A DNA stretch of 64,000 nt. It comes from Raillietiella orientalis. Its lineage: Eukaryota. Shown piece by piece: positions 13,434 through 26,299 of this stretch. Where the stretch lies: assembly GCA_036172245.1 (NCBI GenBank), contig JAYWIR010000001.1:7626001-7690000 (forward strand), in the 5' to 3' direction. The translations under genes were made by a program, and so were the position numbers. The notes below the pieces were generated by a model. It did no database searches and was not told where the DNA came from. It worked only from the letters and a program-made list of their open reading frames with translations. Numbering within the stretch: the first letter of the stretch is position 1; each line of letters opens with the position of its first letter.

Positions 13434-16400
13434 GTACGGCGCGCGCACAGCCCCCCGTCCCGTCTCGCCCATCTCCCCGTCCACAGCCGCCCCGCAGGGA
13501 GCGAAGACACCATGAAGGAAGCGGCTGTAGCTCGCGTGCCCTCGTGTCCAGCGTCCTCCCCTCCCCCCTGCTCCTACGGAGCGGCCCCTCCAAAGGAAGA
13601 GCCTGGACCGGGAGGGGGCGGCACGAACGAGGGCTGCTCGAGGAGAAGCCGTGAGGGAGAAGGGGGGAGGGACGAGAACCGGGGGAAGAAGGAGGACAGA
13701 GCAGGGGGATGGAAGGGAAGCCGAGGCATACCCTCCCTCGTTTCCGCTCGCTCGCCCCGCCCAACCCTGTGCCCGCAGTCGGACGAAAGGGGAAGGGAGC
13801 GTTTCCGCATCTGGAGCTTCCGGGCGGGCGAGCTGCGGGCGAGGGAGCGAAAGAGGGCGTGGAAGACTCTCCTCCAGGTTTTCCCTTCTAGGGGGAGACC
13901 GGGAGGCAGTCTCGCTCGGGCGAGGAGCTTCTGATGGCCCCTTCCTCCCCGATGAGGAGGCAGAGCAGAAAGGGAGGGACGAGAGGAGCTTCCGTTCCTG
14001 CTTCCCCCTCCTCCCGGCCTCTTCCCTCTAGGGATCCGGAGGCAACTCCGACCAGGTCCTTTCGGGCAGTGCCCTCCCTTCCCGCCTCCTCTCAGAGTTG
14101 TTCCGGCTCCTTTGTCTCCTTCCGGCCCTTCCTTCCCTCCTGACGGCTCCCGCCTCCTGGAAGGTGCCAGGCTTGTCTCTCCCCAACGCCCCCAGAGGTC
14201 TCTCGCTCGCCTGAAGGCACTTGCGCTTGGTCTCGTTGCAGCCGACGTCCCCCAAGAAACATCCAGGAGCTCCGGCGGCTGCGACGGGGATCGCCTCCGG
14301 GAGGTCAGGGGGAGGAAGAGACAGGAATACACTGCGTCAGGGGTCCTTGGGACGTCCGTAGGGAAAGGAAGGAGGGTAAGGGTTGCCTCCGGGGAGGCTC
14401 TTGCATAAAGTGCCGGACGGCAAGAGGGGGGGGGGAGAGGGACGCAGACCCCTCGTCAACTTGAGGTCCCTGGAAGGATTGGAGCTAAGGGAGAGGAGAG
14501 AATGGGGGAAGCAGGGGTACCTCATCTGAACGGGACACGGAGGTCCAGCTCGAGTAGAAGAAGGGAGGAAAGGGAGGGGATCCCAGCAATTCGAGGAGCC
14601 CCCCGTACTGTCTCGCCCTTCTCCCCGTCCACAGCTACCCCCGCAGGGAGCGAGCATCCGGGAATGGGGACTGGAAGGAAGAAGACCTTTCAGACGCTCC
14701 CCTTCTCATTCCGATTGGGAAGTGAATCGGGTAAAAGGGAGGCAATGGGTGGGGAGATGAAAGGAAACTTACCCTGACGGGGACCTCCTCCATCTTCCGC
14801 TGCTATTCTCCCCATCCTGGTCTTCACCCTTTCCCCCTCCCCCTCTTCCTTCCTTCCTTTTTTCAGTGCCCACCGAGTGGGTCTGGAGCAATTCCCTGCG
14901 GCAGAGAAGGTCACCTGACCACCCCGCCGGTCAGCAAAGAAACGGATGGGGGCACTTCGTGAGGACATCACGGGTCCCTTGCGACATGGGAGAGACTGCA
15001 ACACCTCTTCGAGGCAGTATCCCCCCAAAAAAACAGGAAGAAGGCGGGGGAGGGGGAGAATGGGCACGAACTCCCTCTTCCTTTTATCTCCCTACGCCAC
15101 CCATTTCCGTAGCAGGGAAGTGGACCCGATCTCCCTGCTCCAGCGTCTCTCTGCGGCTCTCTCCTTCTCCTCTTCCTCCTCACCACCACTATCAGCATCA
15201 ACTCAGCAAAACTCTCTTTCTCTTTCTTTCCCCCCCTCCCTTCTTCCTCCTCCGCGAGCTGCACGGTTCCTGCCAGACGAATGCTGTCGTCAGAGCTCCC
15301 CTCTTTCCTGGCCTTTCGTCACGCCCTCGTCTGCTCGTCTCCGCCGCCGCGATGGTCAACGGGTAGGGAAACTTGCGACCTTCGCCGCCGCCGCCGCCGG
15401 CAGAGAGAGGGGTCCGAACTAGGGAAGGGGAAGGAGAGGGAGAAAAGGGAGAGCGAGTCTCGACGAGCGGTTCCTGTGAAGGTGCAGACGCCTGTGGCCC
15501 GAGACCGCGCGTCCACTTCCCCCTTCGGTCCACGCCCCAGCACAGTCCCCCACTCCCGCAGGCAGTGGTCTCTCCCTCATAGGGGTGGTGCGGGATGTTG
15601 AGGGCGCTCAGTACAACGATAGGCTGACTCGTTCTTCTTCCCCTCTCCCCCTTTCAGGTGGAGGGGGAAGAGGGGCAAGCCACCTGCAGAGCGCAACTGA
15701 TGGTGCACACTGGGATGATGCTCAGGCCCTCCTCATCCATTCCTCTTCTCCGAGACCCTCCTCCCCGTTTGCCACCATGAGCGGATTGCCCGCCCCTTCC
15801 CCCCTTCTGAGAGGGCAATGTGCACTCCCTACCAGCCCTCAGAGAGGGATGGTGGACCAAGGCTTATAGGAGCGCCTCTCTCGGCCAGCTGCGGAAACAA
15901 CCCCCGTTCTTCCTTCCTTCCAAGGGGCAGCCGATCACCATGGACCCGCTGGGGCTAACCTTCTTCCCCCCACTTCCGTCCCTCCTCCTCCGTCGACGCT
16001 GGAGCTCCGCCAACGGGCCTCCTCGCGGGATACTCGGGAGCGACCGCCCTTTGCGCGCGCCGCCCCTCCCTAGAAGGGGAAGGAGGTGCGGAAAGCGCCG
16101 TCGCCGAGCGGCGCGGAGCCATGGGGAGCACGCGGGTGCCAACCCTCCCCCTCGAGTACGTTTGCGTGGCATCTTGCGGAGCCGCCAGAGGCGGAGACGG
16201 ACATCTCCACTTCCTCTTAAGAGAGGCCTCGCAGAAAGGAAGAATAGAGGAAGGAGGGTAGAGAGGGGAGGAGGACGGAAAAGGAAGAAGGCGGCCTCCC
16301 AGCGCTCGTGGTGGCTGGCAGAGCAATCACGTGCGGCTCCTGCTGCTGCCTTTTCCTCCCCTTTCCCCATTCCTGGTTTTCTGCTTCCTGGAGAGCTTCG

Positions 16401-19400
16401 GGAACGAGGGGTGAGGTGCCACAGAATGAAAGGGAGGAGGGGTGTGGATGCAGCGGCGGAAGCCGGCTCTTCGCTAATCTCCTTCCTCAGAGGAACTTCA
16501 TCCTCCCCCTCTCTCTTCCTCCTCCTTTTTTTTAAAAAAAAAAGAAAGGAAAGAGGAAAAAGACAAAAGGGGGGAGGGGAGGGCTGGAGAGACCCAGCAA
16601 AATGGCCGACAGAAATGACTTTTTAATGCCGCGTTATGGCTTGCCGTCCCGCGACGTTTTCCCGGAGTCCCCGGGAAGAACCAGCCGGGAGAGAGGGAAC
16701 CGACGTCGCGGCTGCTCTTCCGTCACCTCTTTGTTCGCGCCCCCTTCCCTCTCCTCCTCCCCTCCCCCTCCCAGACAGGTTCCGGGAGGAACAGCAGCCC
16801 GCGGAGGGCGAAATCTTCTCCCCCCCCCCTTCTTCCTGCGCTCTCTCCCGACATCTGGATTTAATTTGGGGAGGAGAGGATATCCCTCCCTCGGGGACCG
16901 CCGCTTTCAATGTACCGGAGCGCCCGGACCCATTAGGCGGCGGAGGCGACTCGTGCGCCCTACGCCAAAGGTGTCGGCGGAGGCGGCGCTGAGGAGGGGG
17001 GCGGTAGGAGGAGGAGGGGAGGGGAGGGGAACCCGGCGAGCGCCTTCCTAGCGGGAGCGCATCCCCACCCCACCATACCCCCCTCCCTTCCTCCCTTCTT
17101 CCTTCTCCTCTCCCTCGCCGCCGAGGCGGTCCGAGCGGACGTGCGCGCCTCCTCCTTCCGTCTCCATGGGGATGAGGCGGGGAGGAGGAAGGAGGCACAC
17201 GTGGCTAATGAGCGCTTCCTCGCACGCACCGCCCCCTCGCACCCTCTCCCCCTCCCGGGCGACGAAAAACAAGCGGGAGACGTCCCTCTCCGCGCCAGGC
17301 CATTTGTAAGGATCGATCCGAAGGGAGAGTCGGTCTCTCAGGTGATTTCTCTCTCTCTCTCTCTCTCTCGTGCGCGCGCGCGTCTTCGAACCGACCCCGC
17401 CTCCCCCTCCCTCACTCCTTGCTCATCAAGGAGCGCAGCCTCCCCGCCGGAAGGAGGCATCCCCTGTCCCTCCTCTCTCGTCTGCCTCTCCCGCCCCTTT
17501 CTCCCCCGACGAGAAGGGAAGCGAAGACAGGCAGTGGAGTCCAGGGGATCGGGGAGGAAGGAGTGCGACCGCCTCCTCCCCCTTTTACTCCTCCCTCACT
17601 GCAGCGAGATTCCTGTAGCGGGAGATTGCAGGGGCGGGAAGAGGTCACCCGAAAGCAGAAGCAGCAGCAGCGGCGGCGGCGGGGCGGCGGTGCCTCCTGC
17701 CTCGAGCGCCCCCCGGGCACCCCAGAAACGGCCACCGAGTTCTTCACCCCACCCCACCCCGCCACCACCACCACCTTCACCCGCTCCCTTCGGGAATTCC
17801 GTCGAGCGTTTCCTCGGAGACGCCGGAGCTCCGAGCGCGGCTGCTCCCCGGGGGTGGGTAGCAGCGGGAGACCGGCGGCGAGCGGTCGGGTTCGCCTGGC
17901 ACGCCTCCCGACACCTTCCGGAAGGGGCGCGGGCGTCTTCCGGGAACGGCTCGGGGGGATGTCTCACGACCTTTCCTCGAACCCGGGGACTCTCTCGCCT
18001 CCGGGGGTTGGGGGGAGAGGCGCGGTGGACAATCATCCCGGAATTAATGAACTTCCCAAGCGGGCCCGCCCTCCGCGGGCGCCCGTTTAACAAGCGGAGC
18101 CCGCGGAGGCGTCGTGGCCGCCAGATGGCACCTTAACGACCACGCTCGCCATAAATCTCCCCGTCCTCCGCCAACAGGACTGCGCGCCGCGTCACCCTAA
18201 TTTATAGATTCTGGAAGACGATCGGATCCCGAGCACCCGGGAACACGTCCCGAGAGTTCGCTTGTGCCCGCGCCCGTTCGCACGCGCGCACGAGTGTCCT
18301 CCTTCGCCTTCCCGCGCGACCAAATCCTTGTCTCGCGTGACTGACCGGAGGTCCGAGGTGGCCGAAGCTGACTGCGCACGTGGTTCCATCCTCCCTACTA
18401 CCCCACCCTCACCATCAGCGGAAGGAAACGCATGCACCACTTCGCCTGAGGGGGGGCAGAGCGGGTGGATGGGGGGGGGGGGGGCGAATTCGACGGATTC
18501 CTCCCTTCTCCTCCCTATCCCTATCCCTATCCGGCGGTCCGGGACGGATGAAAAACCCTGGAGCGGGAGACGGCATCCCTGGGCAGGAAAAGGCCCTTTC
18601 GGGCAATTCGTGGAGGGAGGAGAAGAGGCTCCCTTTTTCCTTTCCTCAAAAAGGAATGGGTGAAGGAAAGCGGGAGGAGGAAGGGAGGAGCGCCCGGGAG
18701 GAGCCACTCGAGAGTTCTGCGAGAGCGGCGGCACAGGACGACTCCTCCGCCCCCCGGCGGGAGAGCAGGTGCGAGCGAGGGAGGAGGAGCAGCAGCGGGA
18801 CGGGGCGGATGGGGAAAAGCCCGGAGGCGTCGGTATCCATCAAAGAAGATCCGGAGGGAGGGGGCTGTAGGAAAAAGTCCAGCGAGGAGGTCGAAGGCTG
18901 CATCGAGGAACGCCGCTACTCTCCTCCTCCCGGGGAAAATTTGACATCCCTCCCCACCCCTCCTTGCCCGCAAGCCCTCCCGGATGGGAACTTGCGTCCC
19001 GTCGCCCCCCGTGTGCCTCCGGGAAAGAACAGGTGCCCTTCGGGGCCGCGCCCGCTGCCGCCGCGGGAAAACGCCGCCTCCCTCTTCCCGGAAGAGACGG
19101 GGGGGGCTCCAGTTGCCCCCTCCTCCCCCAGAGAAAGGATCCGGGGCCCAGCGGATCGCCACCTCGTGCTTCTCTGCGGCTCTCGACCTCCACGGAGCTG
19201 ACGCAGATAGCAAATTCTTTCCTCTCGAGGTCATCCCGAGGTTCCCCGGCTCCCGCGCGGAGCCGAGAGAGAGGGCCGACCGGGATAGTTTCCTGGAAGC
19301 CGCCTTTGCCCCTGAAGCGAGCCCCTCGTCGGAAGAAAACGCCGCCAGCGCCAAGACCTCGCGGGTCGTCCGACAACCCGGCGAGCCGGTCGAAGGAGGT

Positions 19401-20961
19401 CCCGCAGGATCTCCACGCAAGGCGGGGGCGCGCGCGCCTCACGGGCGAAGAAGGCGGGCGCGAGTTCCGCCGAGACGAGGGAGCAGCGCGCGCGCGTCCC
19501 ACCCCGCCATCCTCCAGTGCACCACCTCCCGAAAAGCGGGGAAGGCTCTGCCGGGCCGGGTCTACCGGAGCCGCCGCTCAGCTGGGCTCAAGGGAACACC
19601 CCCTTCCCGGAACCTCCTCCGTGGCTCCGATCTTCTCCGAGGAGGCGCCCGCATCCGCACGTGCTGCCAGAGGTGAGCACGAGGTCTTCCGTAGGCACGC
19701 GTGCTCAAAATAGTAAAGGCGCGCCTTCCTTTGTTTTCCCTCCTCCCCTCTCTCCCCCCCCCCCTTCCCACTAGGAAAAACCTCTCGAGAGCCCTATCCA
19801 GTGGTACTCCATCAAATTTTTGCTTGTCAGTTAGCTGTCTCCGGACGCAGCATCCCTCCGGAGCTACCTTGGCACGAGGAGGAATCAAATTCGGGAGAAG
19901 GTTTTCCCCGCTTCTCCGCACGGCGCACCGATCGAATTCCTCCGCTCGCAGCTAATGGAGTGGAGAATCGGGAGCCGCTCACCCATTTATTATTATAGTT
20001 GCCTCTTTACGATCACCTAATAGGTGTTTACCTACTGTTACGATTTCATTACATCATTCCGCGAGCGCATGCGATGGCGGAAGAGGAAACTTTCCCCGTT
20101 GCGGCGGTCTCCTTCAAAACAAATACGCGAGCGTTTCCATGACGACGATTGTCAAATCAATTACGCAAGAATTCCGTGGAATTCGTTCCTCCGAAAAGAG
20201 CGCGTTTCCGTTATTTTTCCAGTTGGAGTGATTTTTATCCTCTGGTAAAAAAGAGAGAGAGAGAGAGAGATGGAGAAGGAAAAAAAAACACATTCCTTGA
20301 TAATTCTGCTGAGCAGCTGCCGCTTGCTGTCTTGGAAACGGGTTGCTGGCTAGAAAAGAGCAGACAACTTGGACTCGTTGCCACTCTGGTGGGGCGAAGC
20401 ACCGAAACGCGGGCGCGACTCTGTCCGGATGCTGTCTCCGGGAGGCGGGATGCCTGCTATTCCCTATCCTTCTGCAGCTGGCCTGCAGTTGCAAGAGGAT
20501 CTCTCCGGATCTGTCCTTGCAGGCCGTCGTGGGGTCCACTTATGTGGGAGGGAGGGGAAGGGAGGATGGGGGTGGGGGGTGTGTTCTGTACACGCCAAGC
20601 CGGTCCCAGAGCCTCGCCGAATCCTCTGCTGCTCGCTCATCCCTGTTCCTTCCCACTCCTCCTGAACCTTTTGGCGCGTGAGCTGCTTCTGACCCCGTGG
20701 TTAAGAATCGGGATGGCGTGAAAGGGCCCCTGGGTCGATGCCGTCCGTCCCTCCTGACTCGGAGCTGCAAGGAAGGATCCGCCTCAGCCTCGTAAGGAAG
20801 AAAAAGGAACAGCAGCCGTATCCTGGGAAAATCAATCTCTTACCCCCTCCCCTTCGTTTCCCGAATTTTCCCCGCTAGAGATCGGACTTTCTCCTGTATC
20901 CGGCAGCTCCGGAAATTTTTCTTTCCGGAGCTGGAGCGGGTCCAGCAGGACTAGCAGCCGA

Positions 20962-20994
<33 letters not shown>

Positions 20995-20998
20995 TTTT
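20962..20998 (+). repeat. (CT)n microsatellite followed by poly-T in vg intron 2
   Basis: Read directly. Similar GA/CT tracts occur at 17348-17369 and 20253-20270. Confidence 0.9.
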
Positions 20999-23900
20999 CC
21001 TGCATCGGCGAAGAAGGACCCTCCAATCTCTTCTCTCCGCGTGGACATGAGCGGAACGAGGTGGACGAATGAGCTGGAGGCAGAGCGGGTGAAGTGGACG
21101 TCGAGGGAGGCGGAACGGCGGATGAAGAGACGATGATGAGGCGACGACAGGGAAGCGAATGGGATGACGGCGAAAACAGATCGCACGGCGGCAGAGGATG
21201 CTGGATGGGTTTGGAGACGATGCAGTTAAGCTGACGATGGATGGGGAGGAGGGGGGGGGGGGAACACGCCGTACGACCTCCACTGCTCTACAGGAGATGA
21301 TTCCGGCGTAGATGCGCCCTCGGGGCTCTTGCTCCCTTCCGCGATCGATCCCCGAACGCCGGCGGAGAGGCGGTGTGCGGAATTCGAATCCCCCCCCCCC
21401 CCACACCTCCCAGCAGCCCTCTTCCCCCCGGTCCATCGGTCGACGCCACACGGAGGGAGCGCCGCGCAGTCGCCGCCCGCCACGCTCGCGCGCGCGGCTC
21501 GGAATGGGGGAAGCAAGCGGCACGGGACGGCAGCGCTCAGCCTCGGTCGGACCAGTGAAGCACGGTGGAGCGCTTCTGATTCGCGGGACGCCGCGCATGC
21601 GCAGTCGCCGCCCCGCGCGCCTTCATGCACGTGCCGGGCACTCGCGAGCGCCGCCCGCCAAATCAGGCGGAAGGCAAGGGAGGGGGAGGGGCCGCCGGCG
21701 ACGGCGAAACTTCGGGCTCTTCCTCCTTCCTCAGCGGTTAGTCTGACCCCGGGAAGAGGATTTTCGGCGAGGACCGACGACGTCCTAAGGGAGAGAGGGA
21801 CGGAGCGAAAGGGGGAGGAGAGATGAGAAGAGACTAAAAGGGACCTTCGAGGACCACTAAAAAGGGCTGCTTAATCTCATGATGCCCCCTGCAGAGGCGG
21901 CTAGGGAACCGCCGCCACAGGCACTGCTCCCTCCCCCCTTCTTCTTCCTCGCCCCCGAAATGATAGGGTGGTGATTACCTCCTCCTCTTGCGTCGCCGAG
22001 ACCGAGGCCCCTCTGGACCCGCACGCGCCAGGTGCGTGATCCTAGAGGATCTCCGACCCCTCCCCACACCCCACCTGACTCAATTCGTATTCATTGCCAC
22101 CTCTCGACGGCGCTCTCCTCCGCGCCAGTGATGGATGGGCGCCCCTCGGGCTGAAAGGAGGCGGGCGATCCTGCTGCATCACGGATGAGCCGGCCTCTCG
22201 GCTTTATTGAATTTGTCATCCAGGACGCACCCTCGCCGTTGCCATGGCGAAACGTCATTCTGTCGCATCAATCGGTCACGCCGATTTTGCGCAGGAAAGG
22301 TCGCGCGCACACCCGTGAAAGAGATCGGAGAGGGGGAAGGCAGATTGTGGGCGTAGATTAAAAGGGAGCGAAGGGGACTGACTGAGAGGAGCGGCAGAGG
22401 AAGAGAATCGGTCGCGGCCTTGCGCTCCTCCACCCCCATCCCCTTTGTTTTTGTTTTTATTTTTTTCTTGTCTCCCTTCAAGGAGCGCGGCAAGCACCGC
22501 GGAGGGGACGTCCCTCCCGGACAATCGCCGAGGCAACGCCCCCTCTCGCGGATGGGGGTCATGCCCGCTTCCCGCACGCTCTTGGCCACTTCCCACACGG
22601 TGCACCTGCGCGCATCCCTGCGGATGACGACAGGGGCGCCGAGGCCTCTCCGCCCAACCATTCCCCGCCTCGGGGCGTCGTCGCTGACCCTCGCTGCGCG
22701 AGCGGCCATCCTGTCCCCATCCTCGCTCCGCCCGAACCTCGTGGCACCGAATTGAAACCGGAGCCCAGAGGGCGCACCCTACCGCAGAAACCGGCCCATG
22801 GACCCAGGGGTCGAGAGAAACTGACCACCTCCACTCCCGCGGAGGGGCGAGAGACGAGCGGCCAAGACCTTCGCGCTCTCAACAGACGCCGACCCCTTCT
22901 TCCCTTCCTTTCTTCCTCCTCGCCGGAGCACAGGGTCGACCTGTCCTTCGCTTCCGGCCTTCGGGAAAGGATGGCGGGAAGAGAGGGAAGAGGAGGCAGG
23001 AGAGTCTCCGGCGGGTGGGGAGCGAAGGAACCTCTTCGGCTGCGGCTGCTCCCCCACTCCACACCCACCCTGCGCGCCGAACGTCCGCGCCTCTTTCCCG
23101 GAGACGCTGAACTGCGACCCGGGGCTTCCCTGACCCGTTGCTCCCTCTCTCGTCGGGGAAGAAACGCCACCGCCCTGCCGGAGGGCCTCCCTTCCCCTTC
23201 GAAGAGGGAGGAGCGGGAGGACGGGAACGCCGACGTCCTCTCTCTCCCTGCAGCCCTTCTTTCAGCTCACCTTCCTCCCTCCCCCTCGAACGGGGGAGGA
23301 AAGGACGGGTACGCCGTTCTCCCCTCTCCGTCTTGTTGCCTCCCCCCCTCGAATGAGGGGGCCTCTGGAAAAATCCCCAATGGGAGTAAGAAAAGATGAA
23401 GGCAGAGCAAGCAAGGAAACTTGCGCCGCCTGGAGACTGGCTGCCGTCTCCTCCTCGTGGTCCTCCTTTCGTGTCCTCGCCCCGGGTCCGGACGAAAGGT
23501 GCGGGAACGAAAGGAGGAAGGACGAAGTGTTGGCTGTGGTAGAGAGAGGGAAACGCCAACTGGCGCTCTGCGTGTGTCTGGTTCGGAGCCTCCGGACGCA
23601 TGCCGGCTGCAGCTGGCTCCAGCGGCTGCAACCGGGTCTGGGTGGGGTGAGGGTCCCGTTCTCTTCTTCCCCGCCACCCTTCTCCTCATCGAAAGGTCCG
23701 CACAACAGCGCCCCCCTTCCCCTTTCTCGGAAGGGGTGAAGAAGTCAAAGGCGACGCGGTGTTGCGCGACGGAGAGGACACGGGTGGCTGCCGGCCCCCA
23801 TCCCCGTCCAGGTGTTTGGCGGATGGCGAGGGTGGGATGGGATTCCCCTTTCGAACAGGAAGCGGGGGGGGGGGCCACAGGAAGAGACATAGGATGCTCC

Positions 23901-24144
23901 GCCGCTCGCTGCTTTCTATCGGGGGGGCGGGAACGAACGGGAAAGGGAGGCGGAGGAAGGACGTGCATCGAGTTCCCGGTCCATCCTGGAGTCCGGCTCT
24001 CTTCCTCCTCCCTCTCCTGAAGCGCCCTCCCCATCTGGAGCCTTCAGGGGAGGGGGAGGGGGGTGGAAGAGGGAAAAGGGAAAGGGTCGGACGCGGCAGC
24101 TTCCTTCCTTCCCCCTCGCAGACGATACGCTGCGTGTCTTCCAG

Positions 24145-24528
24145 GTTCCTGCCTGTCCCAGCGGAACTTCCCGCCGTCCTTCTGGAACAGCAATTACGCC
24201 CCCGGCGGCGTTGGCGGCGTTGGTGGCGGCGGGGGGGGTATCCCGCCTTCGGCGGCAGCGGGCTATGATCCAGCCGCCTACGGCATCAACGACGCCTTCA
24301 ACGGGTTCTACCCCTCCGAATGGCACTACCCGTTCCACGAGTTCCCGTATCCCGGATCTCTGACGTCCCAATACAATTCTCTGTTCCTGCCGTCGGGAAG
24401 CCGCCCTACGGCGGTACGCTTCGCCCACTCCGCTCAGAGCAAATCCTGGAGCGGCCTCTCCAGGCACGGCGGGGACATCTACGAGAATCCGTACCACCAT
24501 TTCTCGCACCATCACTACACGTCGACAG
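24145..24528 (+). CDS. vg: vestigial / VGLL coding exon 3
   Basis: Acceptor gtcttccAG, phase 1 matching exon 2. Encodes LSQRNFPPSFWNSNY (conserved Vg/VGLL2/3 motif), YNSLFLP and a His-rich tract. Donor CAG|GTAGGC at 24529, phase 1. Confidence 0.92.
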
Positions 24529-25328
24529 GTAGGCGTTCCTGGACCCGGGAGGGGAGAAGAGGAACCCCCAGGAAGGGAAGGAAAGGGGGGTCTAGGCAAG
24601 GTTCCGATTTCCGCGCCGCCCGGGCGAAAAAGCCACGGTGGCCCGTCTCTCCTGCTGGAGGGAAAACGGGAGGCAGAGAGCGAAAGAGGATGGCAGGCAG
24701 GAGGGAGGGGTGGAGGGTAAATGGTCTCTGGTTCCACCGCCACCACCACTTCCCCTCCCATCCTCGGAGTCCACCGCTCTCCTCTCAAGCAGAACGGTGG
24801 GCTCTGGAGAGATCTTTGAAACATGGGAATCAGTGCTCCCCTTCAGCAGCCGCCATCCTCCGACCGTCTGTCGGAGGACCGGGATCGCTGGTTCCACTTT
24901 CCCCACCGAGATGGCAGGCCGGTGAGGAACGCGGCGCGCTCGCGCGGAGGCCGCCGACTCCGTGCCTGGGACGCGCTACCGGACGCCTTTTCGCACGCGC
25001 GCCCTCCAATCGGGCGCTGGCTCACTCAAACCCCAGGGTCCGCCCGGAGGAGGCTTCCGGTCCCCTTGAGGACACATGGGATGGCCGGGGAGGAGGCATC
25101 ACGATGGAAGGAAGGAGGAGAGGGAGAGGAGCGCAGGCGCCCTTCCCTTGCTCCTTCCGCTCTCCGCCATGGGCGTGGCGCAGTGCGGGACTCCCGCGCG
25201 GACCTGTTTCTAAGAGGCCTCGTTCCCGGAAATGCGAGGTCGCCTCCCCTGCCGTTGCCACCCCCCTCCTCCTGCGGAACGCTCGCTGGCCTCGCTTCAC
25301 AAAAGAAGTGCCTTTTTCCCAGTTCCAG

Positions 25329-25384
25329 GTCTGGAATGCTCCATAACCAACCAGGACTCCTCCAAGGACCTGTACTGGGTCTGA
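25329..25384 (+). CDS. vg: vestigial / VGLL terminal coding exon 4
   Basis: Acceptor ttccAG, phase 1. Reads GLECSITNQDSSKDLYWV*, matching the vestigial-type C-terminal SKDLYW motif. Joined CDS is 984 nt, 327 aa. Confidence 0.88.
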
Positions 25385-26299
25385 CGGTCCGGGGAATTCG
25401 AGTGATACGGAAAATACGATTCTTCTAGTCGCACCTGCCCACGATCTCCTTGGCAACCCCCTCGTTGACTGCCTTCGACGAACAGGATCGAAGAAGAGCT
25501 TTCAAGCAGAATAAAGAATCTTCGTTTCACTTCTCCGCAGAGCCCCCCTTCGTGTGCTTCGGCTGGAAGAGGAGGCGCACGCTCACTCACCCTCCGTCCC
25601 TCAGAATCGCCTCTTCGGATCGTGCCGAGAAGAAGGGCGCGAAGGGTACGCTGGGAGCTGGGTCGGGACCAGAGAGAGAGAGAAGGGAGGTTCCTGTTCC
25701 CAGCGGACGCAGGTGGCGGCCACGGGAAGCGGCCCTCCTGCGATTCCCGCAACCGTGCCTGGAGGCTTCCCTCTCCTCCTCCACCGCTGCCTACTCCTTC
25801 ATCCAGGGGAGAGTGCGCGCGCGAGGAGCAGGCTGCGTCTCAGGGGAGCAGCAGGCGCGTTGCAGGTGGTCCAGCGGAAGGCACGGCGCGCGAGACGCTG
25901 AGAGACGGCGAGGGGTTGTCTCCTTTCCTCCCCCTCCCCAAAGTATCTCAGGAAACGCTCTGCCTCTTTTCCTCTGTGCCGTGGTCCCCAAGAACCAAAG
26001 ACCAGGGACCACACGGCTTGCATTGATAGGCAGGAGCCCTGAGAAGTGTCTTCCGAGATCCTGCGGATGGTCTGAGAGTTCGGGGGGGAGCAGAGGATCA
26101 CGTGAACGATATGATCCTCCGGACAGAGAAGACGGCAGGTTAATCCGAAAGGAGCTGCAGGCCTGAGCGGATGCTTGGCATTCGGCCGTCTCACGAGGGA
26201 GGGATGTTCCCGATGTTCCCGTCACGGTATTTTCTTCCGGGATCGCAAAGCTCGTGACATTCAGCTGGGAACGGCTGGTCACTACTCTCACGAAGGACT

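Noticed and set aside
20247..20998. A6(GA)9 and (CT)nT14 tracts forming an apparent inverted repeat ~700 nt apart
   Set aside because: Low-complexity microsatellites common throughout this region; complementarity is expected by chance.
1..26000. Hundreds of overlapping 60-440 aa ORFs on both strands
   Set aside because: They are R/G/P/S-rich low-complexity translations expected from very GC-rich, stop-poor DNA; only the four vg exons carry recognisable motifs and splice logic.
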